64,000 bases of DNA. Origin: Candidatus Pacebacteria bacterium RIFOXYA1_FULL_38_18. GTDB lineage: Bacteria > Patescibacteriota > Microgenomatia > UBA1400 > PJMF01. The first letter of the stretch is position 1; every line of letters starts with the position of its first letter. The stretch is taken from NCBI GenBank assembly GCA_001787405.1, contig MFWV01000009.1:26278-90277 (forward strand), in the 5' to 3' direction. The notes under the pieces were generated by a model. That model was not told where the DNA came from and ran no database searches. It worked only from the letters and a program-made list of their open reading frames with translations. The position numbers were made by a program, and so were the translations under genes. This document shows, one piece after another, positions 29,682-39,305 of the stretch.

Positions 29682-30557
29682 ATGAAAAATAATTTATTAA
29701 CCACTGGTTTAAATGGACTGGTTGGCTCGCATTTTGCTCTGGATTTCCATAATACCTATGAATTTGACAATCTTGATCTGCGCGACAAAAACCAACCAAT
29801 AGACATCACTAACTATGAACAAGTGCTCAAACGCTTTCAAACCTCTCAAGCCACCCACGTCATCCACCTAGCAGCATTTACCGATGTCACTGGTGCTTGG
29901 CAACAGACTGATGATAAAAATGGATTGACTTATAGGGTAAATGTAGTGGGAACAGAGAATATTGTTCGAGCAGCAGAAGTAACCAATAAACATATTATTT
30001 ATGTTTCTACTGCTTATGTTTTTGATGGCGAAAAAAAAGAACTTTACACTGAACAAGATCAACCCAATCCCATTGAGTGGTACGGCAAAACCAAATGGTT
30101 GGCTGAAGAAGCGGTCAAAAAATCAACTGCACCTACAACTATCCTGCGCATTGACCAGCCTTTTCGTTCCGATCAATTTGAAAAAATAGATACCGTGCAC
30201 CTGATTATCAAAGGCATTCAAGAAAAAATTCTTCATCCACAATTTACCAATCATTTTTTTGGTCCCACCTATGTGAATGATTTTAGTAAAGTACTGGATT
30301 TTGTGATTCGCACCAAACTGACCGGTCTTTATCACGCCTCTAGTGGGGAGAGTTGGTCTGATTTTGAGTTTGCCAAACTAATCAATGAAGCTCTTCAGCT
30401 GGGTGGCGAAATTAAAGAGGGAGATTTGGACGCTTATCTAGCTAAATCCGAGCGTCCTTATCAGCGCAATACCGCCATGGATACCACTAAATTGACAAAA
30501 ATCTTGGATTTTAAACAAAAAACGATCGAAGAGGCAATTGGAGAAGTAGAGTTTTAG
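29682..30557 (+). CDS. rmlD: dTDP-4-dehydrorhamnose reductase-like NAD(P)-dependent reductase
   Basis: LLTTGLNGLVGSHF...YVSTAYVFDGEK; about 290 aa in the RmlD-type SDR family. The start is chosen at MKNNLL after the surE stop; the ORF track start is 29649. Confidence 0.7.
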   Translation: MKNNLLTTGLNGLVGSHFALDFHNTYEFDNLDLRDKNQPIDITNYEQVLKRFQTSQATHVIHLAAFTDVTGAWQQTDDKNGLTYRVNVVGTENIVRAAEVTNKHIIYVSTAYVFDGEKKELYTEQDQPNPIEWYGKTKWLAEEAVKKSTAPTTILRIDQPFRSDQFEKIDTVHLIIKGIQEKILHPQFTNHFFGPTYVNDFSKVLDFVIRTKLTGLYHASSGESWSDFEFAKLINEALQLGGEIKEGDLDAYLAKSERPYQRNTAMDTTKLTKILDFKQKTIEEAIGEVEF

Positions 30558-31201
30558 CTTTTTTGATTTTTGCGCCAAGCGGTGATTTTTTGATGATCGC
30601 CGGTCAGTAATTCTGCCGGTACGCGCCAACCTTGGTAGTTCTCTGGTCGAGTATATTGTGGATGACCAAGTTTACCTGGTGTGCTGTGCGATTCATCCAG
30701 ATTGCTTAACTCATTACCGAGTACTCCAGGAATTAATCGGGTCAAAGCATCAACCATCACTGTTACAGCTGGTTCGCCACCAGTCAGCACATAATCACCA
30801 ATCCTGATTTCTTCATCGATCAAGTGTTTTACTACTCGCTCGTCTACTCCTTCATAGTGACCGCAAATGAGTGCCAGGCGATCTAGCGTCTGCCAATCTC
30901 CAGCCGTTTGCTGAGTAAAAACCTTACCTTTGGCGGAAGTGAGAATAATTTTCTCTTTCGCCATTCCCTTTTTAAACTTAAATTCTTGTAGTGCCAAATT
31001 AATCGGCTCCACTTTCATCACCATACCCGGACCACCACCATAAGGCCGATCATCAGTGGTGTGGTGTTTATCAGTCGCAAAATCACGCAGATTGACTATC
31101 TGAATTTTGAGTAACTTATTTTTCAAGGCCCGACCAAGAATGGAGGTCGCAAAGACTGAGTTAAAAAACTCAGGGAAAAGAGTAAAAATAAAGATTTGCA
31201 C
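30554..31201 (-). CDS. trmD: tRNA (guanine37-N1)-methyltransferase
   Basis: MQIFIFTLFPEFF...RPYGGGPGMVMKVEPI...DYVLTGGEPAVTVMVDALTRLIPGVLGN. Confidence 0.9.
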   Translation of the reverse strand: MQIFIFTLFPEFFNSVFATSILGRALKNKLLKIQIVNLRDFATDKHHTTDDRPYGGGPGMVMKVEPINLALQEFKFKKGMAKEKIILTSAKGKVFTQQTAGDWQTLDRLALICGHYEGVDERVVKHLIDEEIRIGDYVLTGGEPAVTVMVDALTRLIPGVLGNELSNLDESHSTPGKLGHPQYTRPENYQGWRVPAELLTGDHQKITAWRKNQKS

Positions 31202-31267
31202 TCTTCAATTATATAATGCTAAGTCCTTTTTGGAATGATATACTGGCTCAATAATCTAGAGAAATTT

Positions 31268-32566
31268 ATGAACATCACTATTATCGGTACCGGATTTGTA
31301 GGAGTAGTAACGGCAGCAGTTTATGCTTCCTTTGGTCACCAGGTCATTGGTTTGGATGTTGATGAACAAAAAATTTCCAGCTTGAAAAAAAGTCAGGTGC
31401 CTTTTTATGAGCCTGGTTTGGAAGAACTTCTCAAAGAACAACAGGCTCACCACAACCTAAGTTTTACCACGGATTATCAAACTGCCATCAAAGATGCTGA
31501 GATTATTTTTGTTACGGTAGGCACTCCTTCCGCTCCCGATGGCCAAGCTGATTTGCGGTTTGTGTTTGCCAGTGTAGAGTCACTTGCTCCTCACTTGCAA
31601 AAACAAGCCATTGTCGTGATTAAGTCCACTGTTCCACCCGGCACTTTGGATAAAGTGGAGGAATTGATTCATTCGCACACTGAAACTGCCTTTTACACTG
31701 CTGCTGTCCCAGAATTTCTGCGAGAAGGTTCAGCCGTAGCAGACACTCTTCATCCTGATCGCATCGTGTTGGGTGCCACTAATGAACAAGTCTTTAAAAA
31801 ACTAGAAGAATTACATCGACCACTGCAGGCTCCAATGATCAGAGTTAAGCCAGAATCGGCTCAAATGGCCAAATATGCAGCCAATGCTTATCTAGCCACC
31901 CGCATCACTTTTATCAATCAAATTGCCGATTTGTGTGAAAAAAATGGAGCTAATGTAGAAGAAGTTGTGGTAGCCATTAGTCCTGATAAACGTATTGGAG
32001 CTCATTATTGGTATCCTGGTTTTGGTTATGGAGGTTCATGTTTTCCCAAAGATGTAAAAGAGTTGGCGGCTTATTCACGCGCCATTGGTGAGAGTGATAA
32101 TTTATTCAATAAAGTCAATGATCTCAATCAAGACAGAATTCCCAAACTCTTGGACAATTTTGAAAAGAAGATTGGTGGTTGGGAAAATAAACAAGTGGCT
32201 GTTTTGGGCTTATCTTTCAAACCAAATACTGATGATATGCGTGAATCCCCCGCCACCCTAGTCATTCCGATTTTGCTGAGTAAAGGAGCTAGTGTAACTA
32301 GTTTTGATCCCATGGCCGATTGGCAAAGATTTTTACGTTTGGAAAAAATGGAAAAAAATCATCAGCAATCCGAAACTCTCAAACAAGCCGTCAAAGATGC
32401 AGATGTCATTATTGCTTTGGTAGAGTGGCCAGAAATTATTGGTTTTGATTTTGCCGAAACTAAAACAACCAAGCAACAGTGGTTTATTGATGCTCGCAAT
32501 CAATTTTCTCCAACAATCATCAAAAAAATAGGTTATCACTATCTAGGCTTGGGACGCCCATCATGA
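31268..32566 (+). CDS. ugd: UDP-glucose 6-dehydrogenase (nucleotide-sugar dehydrogenase family)
   Basis: MNITIIGTGFVGVVTAA...GGSCFPKDV catalytic Cys motif. The start is moved to the MNITIIG Rossmann start; the ORF track start is 31235. Confidence 0.85.
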   Translation: MNITIIGTGFVGVVTAAVYASFGHQVIGLDVDEQKISSLKKSQVPFYEPGLEELLKEQQAHHNLSFTTDYQTAIKDAEIIFVTVGTPSAPDGQADLRFVFASVESLAPHLQKQAIVVIKSTVPPGTLDKVEELIHSHTETAFYTAAVPEFLREGSAVADTLHPDRIVLGATNEQVFKKLEELHRPLQAPMIRVKPESAQMAKYAANAYLATRITFINQIADLCEKNGANVEEVVVAISPDKRIGAHYWYPGFGYGGSCFPKDVKELAAYSRAIGESDNLFNKVNDLNQDRIPKLLDNFEKKIGGWENKQVAVLGLSFKPNTDDMRESPATLVIPILLSKGASVTSFDPMADWQRFLRLEKMEKNHQQSETLKQAVKDADVIIALVEWPEIIGFDFAETKTTKQQWFIDARNQFSPTIIKKIGYHYLGLGRPS

Positions 32567-33507
32567 CCGATATTATTTTAATCACTGGAGGAACTGGGTT
32601 TGCTGGCTCTCATTTGGTAGAGGCTTTATTGGCCAAAAATCAAGCTCCAGAGACCATTCATGTTACTAGTTTTTCAAATAAACCTGGATTTGTCGGTCAG
32701 TTATTACCTGCAACCAACATTCATCAACTCGATCTAACTCAAACAGAAGCAGTTATAAAAGTTTTTACTAAGCTTCAACCAACTCAAATCTTTCATCTGG
32801 CTAGTTTCTCTTCACCTAGTCTAAGTTTGGAAAATACCGCCAAAGCCATCGAGACCAATGTCGAGATTCAAATGAATGTGCTGGAGGCAATGCGCGTGCA
32901 TACTCCCCAAGCTCGTCTATTATCAATCGGCAGTGCTTCTGAGTACGCCAGTTCACCAGAGCCTCTAAGTGAAACCAGCATCTTGGGTCCTCATGATCCT
33001 TATGGCGTTTCCAAAGTTGCCCAAGACATGTTGGCTTATTCCTATGCCGTACGTTTTGAGCTGGATATTGTGCGAGTCAGACCATTCAATCACATTGGCG
33101 AGCGTCAAGAAAAAGGTTTTGTAGTCAGCGATTTTGCTCATCAGATTATTCAAATTGAACGAAAGCTACAACAAGAAATTCAAGTAGGCAATCTACAAGT
33201 TACCAGAGATTTTTCTGATGTAAAAGACATTGTCCAAGCCTATTTATTATTGATGGCTGAAGGAAAATCCGGTGAAGTTTATAATGTGGGTAGTAGTAAA
33301 GATGTTACTATTCAAGAACTATTGGCCAGAATGAAGGCTCTCTCTACGGTTGATTTTGCAATCAAAGTGGTGGAGCAAAAACAACGTCCGGGAGATATTC
33401 CTCGTAGCGTGGCTGAGATTAGTAAAATTAGTAAACTGGGTTGGCAACCAACTATTCCTCTTGAAAAAACATTGGAACGAATATTAAATTGGTGGAGACA
33501 ACAATAA
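32563..33507 (+). CDS. NAD-dependent epimerase/dehydratase family, GDP-4-keto-6-deoxy-D-mannose reductase (Rmd)-like
   Basis: ILITGGTGFAGSHL...YGVSKVAQDML (YxxxK) at about 314 aa, sitting immediately upstream of gmd. Confidence 0.65.
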   Translation: MTDIILITGGTGFAGSHLVEALLAKNQAPETIHVTSFSNKPGFVGQLLPATNIHQLDLTQTEAVIKVFTKLQPTQIFHLASFSSPSLSLENTAKAIETNVEIQMNVLEAMRVHTPQARLLSIGSASEYASSPEPLSETSILGPHDPYGVSKVAQDMLAYSYAVRFELDIVRVRPFNHIGERQEKGFVVSDFAHQIIQIERKLQQEIQVGNLQVTRDFSDVKDIVQAYLLLMAEGKSGEVYNVGSSKDVTIQELLARMKALSTVDFAIKVVEQKQRPGDIPRSVAEISKISKLGWQPTIPLEKTLERILNWWRQQ

Positions 33508-33519
33508 GAAAGGGAATTT

Positions 33520-34497
33520 ATGAAAAAAGCATTTATCACCGGCATTACCGGTCAAGACGGATCATATTTAGCTGAGTTTTTATTGGAAAAAGGCTATCAA
33601 GTTTATGGACTGACTCGCAGAACCAGTACCCAAAATTTTGATCGTATTAAAAAAATTGTTCACAATCCCAATTTGAAATTAATTTCAGGAGATTTAGTTG
33701 ATCAGAACTCACTCACTTTTGCTTTTAAAGATACTCAGCCTGATGAAGTTTATAACCTAGCTGCTCAATCATTTGTGCAAGCTTCCTGGGAACAACCAGT
33801 TTTGACTGGCGAATTTACTGGCTTGGGAGTAACCAGAGTATTGGAAGCAATGCGTCTAGCTTGTCCAGGGGCTAAGTTTTATCAAGCCAGCTCCAGTGAA
33901 ATGTTTGGTAAGGTGCTGGAAACTCCACAGAATGAAAAAACACCATTTTACCCACGCTCTCCTTATGGAGTAGCCAAGGTTTATGGTCATTGGATTACGA
34001 TTAATTATCGAGAATCTTACGACTTATTTGCCGTCTCTGGCATTTTATTCAATCATGAGTCCCCTCGTAGAGGTTTGGAGTTTGTTACCAGAAAAATTGC
34101 CAATGGAGTAGCCAGAGTAAAATTGGGCAAACAGCAATTCGTGGAACTGGGCAATCTAGAATCAAAACGAGACTGGGGCTATGCCAAAGATTATGTGGAA
34201 GCCATGTGGTTGATGTTACAACAAGATAAGGCAGAAGATTTTGTGATCGCCACTGAAGAAACTCACTCCGTCAGAGAATTTTTACAACTAGCCAGTAAAG
34301 CAGCCGGGATTAATGACTGGGAATCAATTTACAAACATAATCCCGTTTTTGATCGACCAGCAGAAGTAGACATGCTCATTGGTGATGCTAGCAAAGCCAA
34401 AAAGAAACTAGGTTGGAAACCATCAGTAGATTTTGAGGGATTGGTCACTTTGATGGTTGAGGCCGAACTAGAAGAAGAACGTAAAATAAAGGCGTAA
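33520..34497 (+). CDS. gmd: GDP-mannose 4,6-dehydratase
   Basis: [35 protein letters not shown]...ISGDL...SSSEMFG...[19 protein letters not shown]. Confidence 0.9.
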   Translation: MKKAFITGITGQDGSYLAEFLLEKGYQVYGLTRRTSTQNFDRIKKIVHNPNLKLISGDLVDQNSLTFAFKDTQPDEVYNLAAQSFVQASWEQPVLTGEFTGLGVTRVLEAMRLACPGAKFYQASSSEMFGKVLETPQNEKTPFYPRSPYGVAKVYGHWITINYRESYDLFAVSGILFNHESPRRGLEFVTRKIANGVARVKLGKQQFVELGNLESKRDWGYAKDYVEAMWLMLQQDKAEDFVIATEETHSVREFLQLASKAAGINDWESIYKHNPVFDRPAEVDMLIGDASKAKKKLGWKPSVDFEGLVTLMVEAELEEERKIKA

Positions 34498-34507
34498 GAT
34501 TCATTTT

Positions 34508-35683
34508 ATGAAAAAAAAGTCGGCCATTATCATCATTCCTACTTATAATGAGCGAGAAAACATCACTGCTACCCTGGAACAAGTCTATGCTGTGTTGCGT
34601 ACCGTTAAAAATTGGCAATGCGGAGTCTTGGTAGTTGATGATACTTCTCCAGACAAAACCTATGAATTGGTAAAAAAACTGCAAAATAAATATAGTAATT
34701 TGCATTTATTTCTCAACAAACGAAAAGCCGGTTTGGGTGGGGCTTATCTCAAAGGCATGGCTCATGCTTTTAATGAACTGGGAGCCGATCTCGTTTTTCA
34801 GTTTGATGCTGATTTATCTCACGATCCCAAAAAAATTCCGCAGTTTTTGAAAAAAATCGAAGCCGGCAATGATTTGGTGTTGGGCTCGCGCTATATTCCT
34901 GGTGGCAGTATTCCTGATAATTGGGGTCTGCATCGAAAATTCCTGAGTGTAATAGGTAATTTATTCATCAACATTGTGTTGACCAATTTTAATGTGCGTG
35001 ATTGGACTACTGGTTATCGAGCCGTTAATAAAAAAGTTTATCAAGCCGTTTCTCCAGAACTAACAACAGAGCGTTTTTCAGGATATACTTTTCAGATAGG
35101 CTTTTTACATAAAGCTATCAGTAAGGGTTTCAAGGTCGCTGAAGTGCCATTTCACTTCAAAGATCGTAATTTTGGTAAAAGTAAAATAGGACCAGAGTAT
35201 ATTAAAAATACTCTGTTATACATCATGAAGGCTCGCTTACAAGAAATTTTCAAAAACAGAATCTTTAAATTTTTGGTAGTGGGTAGTGTCGGTGCTTTTG
35301 TGCAGTTATCTACTTTGCAAATCTGGCGATTATTATTTCCCTTTCAACTTGCCTTTTTCCTAGCCATTGAGGGAGCCGTTATAAGTAATTTTATTTTTAA
35401 TAATTTTTGGACTTTTTCTGATCGAAAATTACAATCCAAACAATATTTCTCCAAATTTTTACAATTTAACTTAGCTTCAGGAGGCTCAATTATTATTCAG
35501 CAATTAATTGCTTTTCTGGGAGAAATGTATCTTGGTTTGTTTGATTTATTCACTCTACCCATAATCAATTTTACTATCGACACCGGCACAATGTATGCCG
35601 TCGTAGGAATCTTGATTGGGATGTTCTGGAACTTTTTTGCCTACAGTAAGATTATTTGGAAAAAACAAAACAAGGCTCATTAA
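34508..35683 (+). CDS. GT2 polyprenol-phosphate sugar synthase (DPM1/GtrB-like) fused to a C-terminal GtrA-like membrane domain
   Basis: AIIIIPTYNERENI...VVDDTSPDKT...FDADLSHDP followed by a 4-TM tail, FKFLVVGSVGAFVQLSTLQIWRLLF..., that is typical of GtrA. Confidence 0.8.
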   Translation: MKKKSAIIIIPTYNERENITATLEQVYAVLRTVKNWQCGVLVVDDTSPDKTYELVKKLQNKYSNLHLFLNKRKAGLGGAYLKGMAHAFNELGADLVFQFDADLSHDPKKIPQFLKKIEAGNDLVLGSRYIPGGSIPDNWGLHRKFLSVIGNLFINIVLTNFNVRDWTTGYRAVNKKVYQAVSPELTTERFSGYTFQIGFLHKAISKGFKVAEVPFHFKDRNFGKSKIGPEYIKNTLLYIMKARLQEIFKNRIFKFLVVGSVGAFVQLSTLQIWRLLFPFQLAFFLAIEGAVISNFIFNNFWTFSDRKLQSKQYFSKFLQFNLASGGSIIIQQLIAFLGEMYLGLFDLFTLPIINFTIDTGTMYAVVGILIGMFWNFFAYSKIIWKKQNKAH

Positions 35684-37249
35684 ATGAAGGTAACTGCCTC
35701 CTGGAAAAAAATCATCCTGGGATTGTTGTTGATAAGTGGAGTTTTTTTGCGTTTTTATAATCTTGCTGGCACCTTGCAATTTCAAGGCGATCAAGGTCGC
35801 GATGCTATCGTGGTAGCTGATATTTTCCGTCAAAAGGATCTGGTTTTTATCGGTCCTGTAACTAGTGTGGGCAATATGTACTTAGGTCCACTTTATTACT
35901 ACTTTATGCTACCTTTTTTATGGCTTTCTTATCCCAGTCCATTGGGACCTGTCTATGCTGTAGCCTTATTGGGAGTGATAGTCACTTATCTTATTTATAA
36001 ACTGGGCAAAGATCTAATCGGCAAAACAGGAGCTTTGCTGGCTACCTTCTTTTTTACCTTTAGTGCCACGATTACGCAAACTTTTCGTTTTAGCTGGAAT
36101 CCCAATCCAGCGCCATTTGTCTCTATCGTGATGATTTGGGCTACTGCTCAAGCTTGGCAGAAAAATCCTCGTTACTGGATCTTGGTGGCAATTACTTTTA
36201 GTGTCCTTATTCAACTTCATTACATGACTTTACTGGCTGCACCGGCAGCTGGAATAATTTGGCTGGTTGATTTTTGGCAACGACATCGGAAAGCGCCCAA
36301 GAAACTTCGTCCTTATTGGCAACAACTAAAGTTATTGATCCTGCCAACGCTGATCGGCGCTCTTATTTTTCTATTATCTCTAACTCCATTGGTGCTTTTT
36401 GATCTAAAACATGAGGCCACCAATCTTCAAGCTTTCAAATCACTACTAACCAGTGAGGAAAACTTCACTCCTACCGGTACTGTCAAATCTTTGCTGGGTA
36501 AAACTACTGAAACCCTCAAAGAAACCGAGGGCAGAGGCATGCATATTTTATTTGAATATATGATTGGAAAAAATAGACCTCTAAATCAATCATTATTGTA
36601 TTTGGTTTCTTTTGTTTTACTGATTAATTTATGGAAAAAACATCAACTTGGAAAAGAATCAAAAAAAGAATGGGTGCTCGTTTCTTATTTGGGATTTGGT
36701 ATCTTGGGCACTGCTTTGTACCAACACACTATTTTTGATCACTATATTGCCTATCTTTTTCCTATCACTGTTTTGGTTTATGGTTTTGTCTTGACCAAAA
36801 TAAGACCGCATTGGCTGGGTTTTCTAGCCGGAATTTTATTTGTGGCAGTTTTTCTGCAATATAATCTCCCTCGATTGCCACTCAAAACTACCGGTTGGAC
36901 AATGGCTGATATTCAGCAAACCAGTCAAGAAATCTTGAAGCATGTCAAACCAGGAGAAAAGTACAACTTGGTTTTATTATCCGAAAGCCGTGATATTAAT
37001 GGCCAAAATTATCGTTATTTTTTGACTACTGGTCACACTAGGCCAGTCTCAGAAAATGAACGCGGAGAAATAGAAACTTTGTTTATTATTAATGAAGAGA
37101 AAAAAATTAGTAAAGTTACTGATTCTCCCATTTATGAAATAGTCGTCTTTCCTAATAAAGAACCTGCTGAAGTTTTTTCAATCGATAACGGTCCAGAAAT
37201 CACGATTTTGCGTACAACTACCCAAGAAAGCTTGGAACCGCTAGAATGA
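35684..37249 (+). CDS. GT-C family membrane glycosyltransferase, ArnT-like (variant first-loop motif DQGRDA)
   Basis: LRFYNLAGTLQFQGDQGRDAIVVADIF aligns to the ArnT DETRYA loop. It is polytopic with a large C-terminal soluble domain. Confidence 0.65.
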   Translation: MKVTASWKKIILGLLLISGVFLRFYNLAGTLQFQGDQGRDAIVVADIFRQKDLVFIGPVTSVGNMYLGPLYYYFMLPFLWLSYPSPLGPVYAVALLGVIVTYLIYKLGKDLIGKTGALLATFFFTFSATITQTFRFSWNPNPAPFVSIVMIWATAQAWQKNPRYWILVAITFSVLIQLHYMTLLAAPAAGIIWLVDFWQRHRKAPKKLRPYWQQLKLLILPTLIGALIFLLSLTPLVLFDLKHEATNLQAFKSLLTSEENFTPTGTVKSLLGKTTETLKETEGRGMHILFEYMIGKNRPLNQSLLYLVSFVLLINLWKKHQLGKESKKEWVLVSYLGFGILGTALYQHTIFDHYIAYLFPITVLVYGFVLTKIRPHWLGFLAGILFVAVFLQYNLPRLPLKTTGWTMADIQQTSQEILKHVKPGEKYNLVLLSESRDINGQNYRYFLTTGHTRPVSENERGEIETLFIINEEKKISKVTDSPIYEIVVFPNKEPAEVFSIDNGPEITILRTTTQESLEPLE

Positions 37250-38013
37250 TAAACATGGCAAATAACTCTCCTTTTCTATCAGTGGTAGTGCCCTCTTTCA
37301 ATGAACAAAAAAATATTGCCAGAGGAGTATTGTCAGAAATGCTGGATTATTTAAAAACTCAAGATTATTCTTGGGAAATAATCCTCACCGATGACGGTAG
37401 CACCGATGGTACTGTTGAAAAACTAACGGCCTTTGCTAAGAACCATCCTCACATTAAAGTTTTGAAAAATCTGCACGCCGGAAAAGGACCCACTGTGGCA
37501 GCAGGAATGTTGGCTGCTAACGGTCAATGGCGTTTATTTACTGATTTTGATCAATCAACTCCCCTTTCAGAAGTAGAAAAATTATTTGCTTTTACTGATA
37601 CTCATCAAGTTATTTTTGGTTCTAGAGAAATAAAAGGAGCCAAAAGAGACAAGGAACCATTTTATCGTCACTTGATGGGGAGAGGCTTTAATTTATTGGT
37701 CCGGATTATGGCAGTACCCGGAGTCAGCGATACTCAATGTGGTTTTAAGTTATTTTCAGCACCCACAGCAGAAACACTATTCAAAAAATTATATGTTTAT
37801 GGTCATCAAACAGAACGGCCAGATGCCTTCACTGGTGCTTTTGATGTGGAATTATTATTTTTGGCCAGAAAACTGGGATTTGCGAGTATTGAGGTGCCCA
37901 TTCTTTGGCGACATCATGCCACTGATCGAGTCAGTCCTATTAAAGATTCCTTGCGCATGTTGCGTGATATTTTATTGATCAGATGGGCCAAAATAACGGG
38001 TAAATATCGATAA
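37246..38013 (+). CDS. GT2 polyprenol-phosphate sugar synthase (DPM1/ArnC-like)
   Basis: FLSVVVPSFNEQKNI...LTDDGSTDGT...TDFDQS. Confidence 0.8.
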   Translation: MINMANNSPFLSVVVPSFNEQKNIARGVLSEMLDYLKTQDYSWEIILTDDGSTDGTVEKLTAFAKNHPHIKVLKNLHAGKGPTVAAGMLAANGQWRLFTDFDQSTPLSEVEKLFAFTDTHQVIFGSREIKGAKRDKEPFYRHLMGRGFNLLVRIMAVPGVSDTQCGFKLFSAPTAETLFKKLYVYGHQTERPDAFTGAFDVELLFLARKLGFASIEVPILWRHHATDRVSPIKDSLRMLRDILLIRWAKITGKYR

Positions 38014-38015
38014 AA

Positions 38016-39305
38016 ATGTTTAAAAAAAATAACCTGAAAATTGGTAATCCCTTAAGTTTGCTATTTAAATTATTATTTGTTTTCAACTTACTTTACGTTT
38101 TTTGGTCATATTCTCTTACCGATCCCAACTTAATTCTCACTAGTTGGCCACCTTATTGGCAATTTCAGCAAAGAATGTGGCAGTTCTTTTTTCATCAGCG
38201 AGAGTGGTTGAGTTATGGATATGCTAGTTTGATGATCGGTTTATTTGCTGTTTATTTTTGGGGTATTTATTTGACTGGCAAACAAACCGCAAAAATCGTC
38301 CAGCGAAAAGATTTTTTTAAATATCTATTGGCTCTCTCTCCTCTGTTGCTAAGTTACAACGCTCTTTCTCATGATGTATTTAATTACATTTTTAATGCCA
38401 AAATGATTCTGGTTTATCATGCCAATCCTCATCTTCAAGTTGCTCTGGATTTTGTTCGTGATGATTGGGTTCGGTTTATGCATAACACCCATACCCCAGC
38501 TCCATATGGTTACGGCTGGACCGCTCTTTCACTATTACCTTCTTTTTTGGGAGCAAGCAAATTTGTCGCTACCTGGTTACTCTTTCGAGCTTGGGCTGTT
38601 ATTAGTTTGGTTTTGTTGTACCAAGTGATAGTCAAATTAACTAGTAAAGTTACTGGTAAATCATTGAGCCTGCCTTCTTTTTGGTTATTATTTGCCAATC
38701 CGCTGTTATTTATCGAAATAATCGCCAATCAACACAATGATTTATGGATGCTGGTGCCAGCCTTAACTTCTATTCTATTGGTCATTGAAAAACCAACCTG
38801 TTTGCTTGGGCGCAGTCAATTGACAAAAAAAACAATGAGTGTTTTGCTTTTCAAATTATTACTTTCCATAGGCTTATTGATTTTCTCGATTTCCATCAAA
38901 CTAGCTACCCTGGTGCTAATTCCTATTTGGTTGCTAATCATTGCTCGCTGGTTTGTGCCTTTAATAAAACAAAGGATTTCTAAATTTAATTTGATGTGGT
39001 TGAACTCGGTTGCTCTTTTTCTGCCACTTTTTACTGCTCGTTCACAACAATTTCTCCCTTGGTATTTGATCTGGTCTTTGGTCTGGCTACCTGTCATCAA
39101 AATTGGGTGGTGGAAACGTTGGCTGGTGATAATTTCTCTAACCGCCATGGCTCGTTATCTACCTTGGTTGTGGGCCGGTGGCTTTGACAGTCAAGTCTTG
39201 TGGCAACAAAAATTATTTTTATGGGGTGGAGCAGTGGGACTGTGGTTGATTATTTCTTTATTTTCACTCTTTAAAGCTAAAGTAGCTTACAATAAAAAAA
39301 CATGA
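38016..39305 (+). CDS. Polytopic membrane protein, probable GT-C-type glycosyltransferase (DUF2029/GT87-like guess)
   Basis: About 12 TM segments with the loop motif NALSHDVFNYIFNAK. It is co-operonic with GT2 and GT-C genes. Confidence 0.5.
   Translation: MFKKNNLKIGNPLSLLFKLLFVFNLLYVFWSYSLTDPNLILTSWPPYWQFQQRMWQFFFHQREWLSYGYASLMIGLFAVYFWGIYLTGKQTAKIVQRKDFFKYLLALSPLLLSYNALSHDVFNYIFNAKMILVYHANPHLQVALDFVRDDWVRFMHNTHTPAPYGYGWTALSLLPSFLGASKFVATWLLFRAWAVISLVLLYQVIVKLTSKVTGKSLSLPSFWLLFANPLLFIEIIANQHNDLWMLVPALTSILLVIEKPTCLLGRSQLTKKTMSVLLFKLLLSIGLLIFSISIKLATLVLIPIWLLIIARWFVPLIKQRISKFNLMWLNSVALFLPLFTARSQQFLPWYLIWSLVWLPVIKIGWWKRWLVIISLTAMARYLPWLWAGGFDSQVLWQQKLFLWGGAVGLWLIISLFSLFKAKVAYNKKT

Noticed and set aside
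31235-31267. The longer N-terminal extension of ugd (MIYWLNNLEKF...)
   Set aside because: The Rossmann GxGxxG begins immediately after the downstream Met (MNITIIGTGFVG), so the upstream ATG is probably not used. Both possibilities remain open.
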